From IMG/VR virus record IMGVR_UViG_3300032322_001781: 64,000 bases of DNA, one strand, 5' to 3'. Of this stretch, positions 58,131 through 64,000 are shown in pieces. The notes beneath the pieces were generated by a model. That model saw nothing but the letters and a program-made list of their open reading frames with translations, made no database searches and was not told the DNA's origin. A program made the position numbers and the translations under genes. The stretch's first letter is position 1. The number at the start of each line of letters is the position of its first letter. The DNA comes from a virus (taxonomy: Duplodnaviria; Heunggongvirae; Uroviricota; Caudoviricetes).

Positions 58131-58475
58131 ATGAGTGGATGTAATTGTAAAAGCAAAGTACCTATGGAAGGATTGACCAATAATCAAAGTCAACCAACAT
58201 CATTTTTTCAAAATTTTATAAAATATAGTTTAAAAACATTAATGTTTTTAATTTTTTTAATGATGATGCCATTGATGGTATTGTATATTATTTATTTGTC
58301 ATTTAATATGATTGTATTAAATGGTAACATAGATATTAAACCTTTATTATTGGCTATTGGTGATAAATTCAGACCAAAAGATGATGAAGACTATTCAATT
58401 GACGATTTTGAAAATCTAACAGAAGATGATGTTATTTTGTTAAATGTTGAGGATATAACAGAAAAAACAAATTAA
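58131..58475 (+). CDS. Small membrane protein
   Basis: N-terminal MSGCNCK; long hydrophobic LMFLIFLMMMPLMVLYIIYLSFNMIVL; acidic C-terminus. Confidence 0.7.
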   Translation: MSGCNCKSKVPMEGLTNNQSQPTSFFQNFIKYSLKTLMFLIFLMMMPLMVLYIIYLSFNMIVLNGNIDIKPLLLAIGDKFRPKDDEDYSIDDFENLTEDDVILLNVEDITEKTN

Positions 58476-58481
58476 AAATTA

Positions 58482-61400
58482 ATGTCTGAATCAATAAGAA
58501 TAAGAACATCACCAAATGGTGGGGATAAATACGTAAAAGTCAAAATAGACAATGATATTGATTTTGTTGAAATCCTTTCATTGAGCATAAGTCAAGATGA
58601 ATTATATCAGAACTTTTGCTCTGATTATGGTGTTGTTGCTGGTAGAGTTATAATAAACAGTGGTTTTGGAGTTCCAAATGCAAAGGTAAGTATATTCATA
58701 CCGATTGATGAAGTTGATAAAGGAGATGTTGAAATATCTGGTCTTTATCCATATGATACAGTTACAGATAAAAATAGTGATGGTGTTAGGTATAATTTAC
58801 TATCTAGACAATCAAGCTCAGATAATGATTGTTTTACTCCAGTTGGTTCTTTCCCAAGCAAAAGAGAAGTTTTAGATAATTCAGATGTTTTAGAGGTTTA
58901 TTGTAAATACTATCGATTTACAACAACAACAAACTATGCTGGCGATTTTATGATTTTCGGTGTACCACTAGGTACATACACCCTGCATGTTGATGCTGAT
59001 ATATCCGACATAGGTATAGCATCACAAAGACCATATGATTTTATTAGACAAGGTAGCTCACCAAAATTTTTTGATAGCCCAACAAAATTCAAAGGTGGAC
59101 AAGATTTAAATAAATTAATTCAAATAAAATCAGCTGATGTAGGTGTAAACGTACAACCTTTTTGGGGTGATATGGATAACTGTGAAATCGGTATAACAAG
59201 AGTTGATATTGATTTAAATTATTCATTACAACCTTGTGCTATTTTCATGGGTAGCATATATGGGGACCAAGATAAAAATTCTGTAAATAAAAATTGCATC
59301 CCTAGAAAAAAATTAGGTGAATTATGTGAACAAGTAACATCAGCTGGTTCAGTAGAAATAATCAGAAAAAATATCGATAACGAAATTGAAGAATTTTCTG
59401 TTGAAGGTGGTAGATTAATTGATGACGATGGAACTTGGGCTTTTCAAATACCAATGAACCTTGATTATATGATTACCGATGAAAGTGGTCAGTTGGTTTT
59501 ATCTGAGGACCCAAATAAAGGTATTCCGACTAGAGCTAATGTAAGATTTAGAATAGGTATGGATGAAACTGGTGGTGAAGGAAGACTTAGAACCAGAGCT
59601 AAGTACTTGGTACCAAACAATCCACAAATTTTTAGTGAAATAGATTACAATTTTGATGAGAATACAAAACCTACTAGTTTTAGAGATATATATTGGAATA
59701 AAATTTATACCGTATCAAATTTTATAAGCAGATATCAAAGAAGTTCAACTGGCGTTGCAAATAGAAACATAACAGCAATGAAAGATGTTGACGCTTGTGC
59801 TGGTGATAAAAATCCTTTCCCATATAATAAAGTAAACACAACAACAAACCCAATATTTTTTATAATATGTTTATTAATTAAGATTATTGGTTTTATTGTG
59901 ATAATAATTAATTTGATTATTATACCAATAATTAACGGTATCGTATCAATAATACGAAGAATTATTGATTTTATTAATGCATTAGGGGCTAATATTACAA
60001 AACCAGATTATGTTCCGTGTGTTACTGTTGAATGTCCATCTGAAAGTGGAGCTTTATTTGCACCAGGTTGTCGTGAAGGTAGCAATGGTTATGATGCTGC
60101 CAGACCCACATATGGTTGTGGTGGTCAAAACGGTCCATGCTCACCTTTTAATTTGGTCGGTTTAGATGATTGTATAGCTTTTCAAATGGCTCAAGAATTA
60201 AATTTATTTCAATTCGACTTTTACAACGATTGGGTTACTGGAACCTTATTAAGTTATTTGTTAAAATATAAAAAAGTTAATAGAGGTAGAGAAAAATTTT
60301 GTGAATTTGATTGTGCTGATTTTACTTTTGACCCTAATTATTCTGGTGTTGATGGAAATGGAAATGGTGTCCCTGATAACGATTGTAAAAATTTTATGGA
60401 AATGGATACATGTTATGATTGTGGTGGTACCCATTCACCAGCAAGCGGTCCAGGTATTCAAGTTGGTTATTTAAATTGTCAGAGGGAATCTCGTGATAAT
60501 GCTATAATAAGAGAAGGACTAATTAAAAAATATAAAAATGAATTATATTATGCAGCTACAACTCATAATACTAATTTTAAATTATTTGCAACTGATTTGA
60601 TATGTTTAGGTTCAGTTTTTACTTGTGACTGGCAAGGTTATCCAAAATTACAACCAAGATTGGTTGGTTCATCATATAAATTACCACCAGAAATTGAAGA
60701 GTTAGATGACGATAACACAACTGTTTTAGCTTCTGGTCAAGTAACAATAGGTAATAGACCAAAGGGGTTATTTTTTGATATAAATTGTGTTGGTTTGCAT
60801 GTCGATTATCAACAGTGTCTTAACATTAGACATATTTGCGAAGTTGAAGTCGGCTTAGATGAAGCTATTTTTAACCCATTAACAGGAGCTATTAATTCAC
60901 TTCCTGATGGTACGTTAGGTAGTAACGATATTGACAATACTTTTGGTAAACAATTTAGAGATTCTTATCTTTATATAAACAGTGCTACAACATTTCCAGT
61001 TATTTACTCACAACCAACAAATATAAATAGCGATTTTAATATAAGAACACCAAACGCAGCAATATATGATTTTTCAGCACCTAACCCTGATAATGGAGTC
61101 GATTATGCTAATTTTAGAGGGTATGTTAATGACAATTCATTCAACCAACCAAAGCATTCTTTTTTTATGTATTTTGGTACCCAACCAGGTCGTTCTGCCC
61201 TAGATAAAATGAATCAAAGATTTTTTACAACATGCGTTGTTGCGATTGATACTGACATGGTTATAGATACCACAACAACAGCTGCTACCGCAACTACCTC
61301 ATTCGATGGTCAAATTGTATTCACAATAGTAGGCAGTCAAGGACCATATTCATATACAGTTATTGGTCCTAACGGCTATACAATAAGTGGTAATATTTCG

Positions 61401-62552
61401 TCAGTTCCTCCAATACCACCAACGGTTACTGTAACAGGTTTAGGACAGGGTACATACATTATAAATGTGTTAGATGTTGCTGGAAATCCTGTGACACAAA
61501 CAGTAGTTGTTGGTGGCCCAGCATCTTTTTTCTGTAGCGCAAGTGTAACACAAAACAACACGTCTGCATCAATACCAAATGGTATAATAACATTAAACAT
61601 AGGTGGTGGTTCAGTGCCATACACGTATACTTTATTGGATGAAAATGGGGCTGCGGTACCTAACTATACTAACGTACAAATTAATGGTGGTCCAGTTCAA
61701 ATTACTTTATTAGCAACAGCAAATGTTCAAGGTTATACACTAAACGTGAATGATTCTGCTGGTTCTACATGCACAACCACTGGTTTAACAATTTCAGGTC
61801 CTACCGTAATAAATATTTCAACAGTTATTACACCAACAACATGTTATGTTGGAAGTAATGATGGCGAAATAGCAATAACAGTAACTGGTGCTCAATTACC
61901 ATACTTTATAACGACTACTGGAATAACAGCAAACAATGTTGGGTTTTATAGTGGTTCTCTTAACCTAACAAATTTAGCAGCTGGTAATTACTTGATTACC
62001 GTTCAAGACCCTAATGGAACAGTAACTCAAACAGTAACAGTTGGGACAACTGGAGCTCCGTTAACATTAGCTTCAGCACAAGCCTCTGAAATAGCTAAAC
62101 AATGTTCGCCAAATACCAGAACAATACCTTTTAGAATAACAAATGGTTTATCTATTAATTCAACAGCGTATATGGAGTATAGAGTAGACAATTCAACTAC
62201 TTGGAATTATGTAAACGCTATCCAATTATGGAGTGGTGCAAATAATTTGATGTCGTTTACAGTACCAAGCAACGCATTTACTAACCAAATTGTGTTCAGA
62301 TTTAGTGACACACCAAACCATGCATGTCATAGCAATATTATTACTTACAACGTTTCTCAAATGCCATTACCTAATGCACCATTAAGCGGAACTAGAAACG
62401 TAAATATTGTGACTGTTGGTGGTGGTATAGCACCATATTTATATTCAATTGGTGGCGGTTCACAACTACCAGTACCACAAAATAACCAAATTACCAGTTC
62501 TTCACCAGTATTAGTAACCGATTCAGTTGGTTGCACAGCACTAGTACAATAA
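58482..62552 (+). CDS. Large baseplate-associated protein: prealbumin/carboxypeptidase-regulatory-like N-terminus, hydrophobic helix, Cys-rich region, SprB-like repeats
   Basis: GRVIINSGFGVPNAKVSI, TTTNYAGDFMIFGVPLG; C..SNDGEIAITVTGAQLPY and NLAAGNYLITVQDPNG SprB-like repeats. Confidence 0.65.
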   Translation: MSESIRIRTSPNGGDKYVKVKIDNDIDFVEILSLSISQDELYQNFCSDYGVVAGRVIINSGFGVPNAKVSIFIPIDEVDKGDVEISGLYPYDTVTDKNSDGVRYNLLSRQSSSDNDCFTPVGSFPSKREVLDNSDVLEVYCKYYRFTTTTNYAGDFMIFGVPLGTYTLHVDADISDIGIASQRPYDFIRQGSSPKFFDSPTKFKGGQDLNKLIQIKSADVGVNVQPFWGDMDNCEIGITRVDIDLNYSLQPCAIFMGSIYGDQDKNSVNKNCIPRKKLGELCEQVTSAGSVEIIRKNIDNEIEEFSVEGGRLIDDDGTWAFQIPMNLDYMITDESGQLVLSEDPNKGIPTRANVRFRIGMDETGGEGRLRTRAKYLVPNNPQIFSEIDYNFDENTKPTSFRDIYWNKIYTVSNFISRYQRSSTGVANRNITAMKDVDACAGDKNPFPYNKVNTTTNPIFFIICLLIKIIGFIVIIINLIIIPIINGIVSIIRRIIDFINALGANITKPDYVPCVTVECPSESGALFAPGCREGSNGYDAARPTYGCGGQNGPCSPFNLVGLDDCIAFQMAQELNLFQFDFYNDWVTGTLLSYLLKYKKVNRGREKFCEFDCADFTFDPNYSGVDGNGNGVPDNDCKNFMEMDTCYDCGGTHSPASGPGIQVGYLNCQRESRDNAIIREGLIKKYKNELYYAATTHNTNFKLFATDLICLGSVFTCDWQGYPKLQPRLVGSSYKLPPEIEELDDDNTTVLASGQVTIGNRPKGLFFDINCVGLHVDYQQCLNIRHICEVEVGLDEAIFNPLTGAINSLPDGTLGSNDIDNTFGKQFRDSYLYINSATTFPVIYSQPTNINSDFNIRTPNAAIYDFSAPNPDNGVDYANFRGYVNDNSFNQPKHSFFMYFGTQPGRSALDKMNQRFFTTCVVAIDTDMVIDTTTTAATATTSFDGQIVFTIVGSQGPYSYTVIGPNGYTISGNISSVPPIPPTVTVTGLGQGTYIINVLDVAGNPVTQTVVVGGPASFFCSASVTQNNTSASIPNGIITLNIGGGSVPYTYTLLDENGAAVPNYTNVQINGGPVQITLLATANVQGYTLNVNDSAGSTCTTTGLTISGPTVINISTVITPTTCYVGSNDGEIAITVTGAQLPYFITTTGITANNVGFYSGSLNLTNLAAGNYLITVQDPNGTVTQTVTVGTTGAPLTLASAQASEIAKQCSPNTRTIPFRITNGLSINSTAYMEYRVDNSTTWNYVNAIQLWSGANNLMSFTVPSNAFTNQIVFRFSDTPNHACHSNIITYNVSQMPLPNAPLSGTRNVNIVTVGGGIAPYLYSIGGGSQLPVPQNNQITSSSPVLVTDSVGCTALVQ

Positions 62553-62559
62553 TAATGAT

Positions 62560-64000
62560 ATGAGCACAGAGAGAAAACAAATTAGATTAGCGGTAGAGAA
62601 TTCAAAAGAATCTTTGAATACTGATAGCTTTATTAAAATAAATATTGACGATAGTGAGAGATTGCTACCACCTGGGGCGTTGACAAAAGTTGTTGATGCG
62701 GCTGAAAGATTTGATTTTGAAAGACAAAGAAGCACTTATTATAGAATTATAGGTACCATGAATATCTTAGCATCAAACCCTCTGTTCAATTTAGCTGATT
62801 CTGGTGCTTATTTGGATTTATACACATGGAGTGGCTTTAATTATGTAAACCAATCAGGTGATTATCGTTTTATAGACCCAATTTATCCAGATGTCATTAA
62901 AAAGTATTTGAAAGAAAATAATGGTTGGTTTGGATATTATGACCCAGATGTAACAAAAGCTGGTTTTTGTAACTACTTTGATATGGAACCAAAAAGAGAG
63001 AGATTTTCTTTTATTCAAGACATTGACCCATATCGTAATCCTATAGGTCAACCAGTTAAAAACTGGGAGCTTACTATAACTTATCCAGCAACTTCATATA
63101 GCGGTCATACGATGGTTAACGGTGGTTTATTATTGGTAGATGTACAACCAGCTGTAGTTTCAACCAGACAAATGAGTGCGTTATCTGCTGGTTGTTTACA
63201 CAATTTGGCTATAGGTGATTTAGTTAGGATATCTGGAACCAATGGTTATGATGGTGACCATTTGATTGTTAGAACTGGATTGGATAACGGTGACTTAAAA
63301 GGTTATTATTTTGTAATAGATGTTCCATCATCACCAACAAATACTATAGGACAACCATCTAGAATGAAAAAAGTTGTAAATAATAAAGAATCGCTTTATT
63401 ATTTTAGAATATTCCGTAAAATAAAGACTAGAAATGCACCAGTCATTGAAACTGATGACTATGAAACATATAGACTTGCTTTTAGTGAAAACTCCTATCA
63501 AGATGATATAACACAATTTGTTTTTAATGAAGATATTGATGTATCTGATTTGGTTGATAATTTAGGAAGACCTCTTACTGAATTATATTTAACTGTGATA
63601 AAGACAGATAGCAATGGTTTGTTCACACAGGTTAAATCTGGTATAGAACTTCCGTTTATTCCGCAGTTAAATACTAGTAGTAGTAATCCATATTTGTTAG
63701 ATATCCCTGTTATAAACAAAATTCATAACGGTGGTGCATCACCATTTCCTAGTCATAGAGAATTAGAGTCTAATGTTACCATAAACAACAATAATAATAC
63801 CATAAACAACAATGATTATTATGGTGATTTAGTAGAATATAATGAAGCTGAGTTAAGAGAACATATATTGGCACACGTTTCTCATAGATTTAATACTCTA
63901 AATAGAGAAACTAATCCGTCAATGACTTACACAACAATTCCAGCCAACCCTTTCACAACACCAAACACACCAGCAACAACTGTTACAACAATTTTAGGGC
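62560..64000 (+). CDS. Structural protein, 3' end truncated by the window (absent from the ORF track)
   Basis: ATG 62560 gives MSTERKQIRLAVENSK...AERFDFERQRSTYYRIIG; frame appears open to the window end. Confidence 0.75.
   Translation, partial: MSTERKQIRLAVENSKESLNTDSFIKINIDDSERLLPPGALTKVVDAAERFDFERQRSTYYRIIGTMNILASNPLFNLADSGAYLDLYTWSGFNYVNQSGDYRFIDPIYPDVIKKYLKENNGWFGYYDPDVTKAGFCNYFDMEPKRERFSFIQDIDPYRNPIGQPVKNWELTITYPATSYSGHTMVNGGLLLVDVQPAVVSTRQMSALSAGCLHNLAIGDLVRISGTNGYDGDHLIVRTGLDNGDLKGYYFVIDVPSSPTNTIGQPSRMKKVVNNKESLYYFRIFRKIKTRNAPVIETDDYETYRLAFSENSYQDDITQFVFNEDIDVSDLVDNLGRPLTELYLTVIKTDSNGLFTQVKSGIELPFIPQLNTSSSNPYLLDIPVINKIHNGGASPFPSHRELESNVTINNNNNTINNNDYYGDLVEYNEAELREHILAHVSHRFNTLNRETNPSMTYTTIPANPFTTPNTPATTVTTILG

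Noticed and set aside
146-63719. Many short ORFs antisense to or nested in long genes (e.g. 2055-2381, 23829-24248, 24928-25491, 26320-26766, 40712-41041, 49142-49543)
   Set aside because: Shadow frames of well-supported genes, with biased composition and no upstream motifs or recognisable domains
1-64000. Alternative genetic code (TAG/TGA recoding, as in some large Bacteroidota phages)
   Set aside because: Core genes are intact under code 11; TAG and TGA end genes at expected positions (SSB, nrdA, tube)

Overview
AT-rich, gene-dense segment of a large (jumbo-type) contractile-tailed dsDNA phage using the standard genetic code, probably infecting Bacteroidota. Host evidence: TTG-N19-20-TAnnTTTG promoters, A-rich starts without Shine-Dalgarno sequences, signal peptides cleaved before Gln, SprB-like repeats and an SSB ending DDLPF. 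Contents: tail-fibre/LamG genes, family B DNA polymerase, neck proteins, glutaredoxin, SNF2 helicase, tail sheath, tube, chaperone and tape measure, baseplate genes (tube initiator, LysM wedge, hub-lysozyme, gp25-like, gp6-like), a replication module (SSB, RecA/UvsX, 5'-3' exonuclease, DnaB-like helicase) and class Ia ribonucleotide reductase. I saw no tRNA, rRNA, CRISPR array or IS element. Most notable: (1) a cassette between sheath and tube with a putative capsid-packaged protein whose signal peptide appears masked behind a protease-cleavable propeptide and precedes an OmpA-like domain; (2) a promoter/AT-repeat/terminator unit resembling an R-loop origin or sRNA; (3) two poly-T +1 frame discontinuities; (4) an unannotated ribbon-helix-helix gene with a three-box operator facing the sheath gene; (5) an SSB-type acidic ...PF tail on the polymerase; (6) a recurrent ATAYTTATW upstream motif, the reverse complement of the T4 late promoter. 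All assignments come from motif recognition by eye, not database searches.
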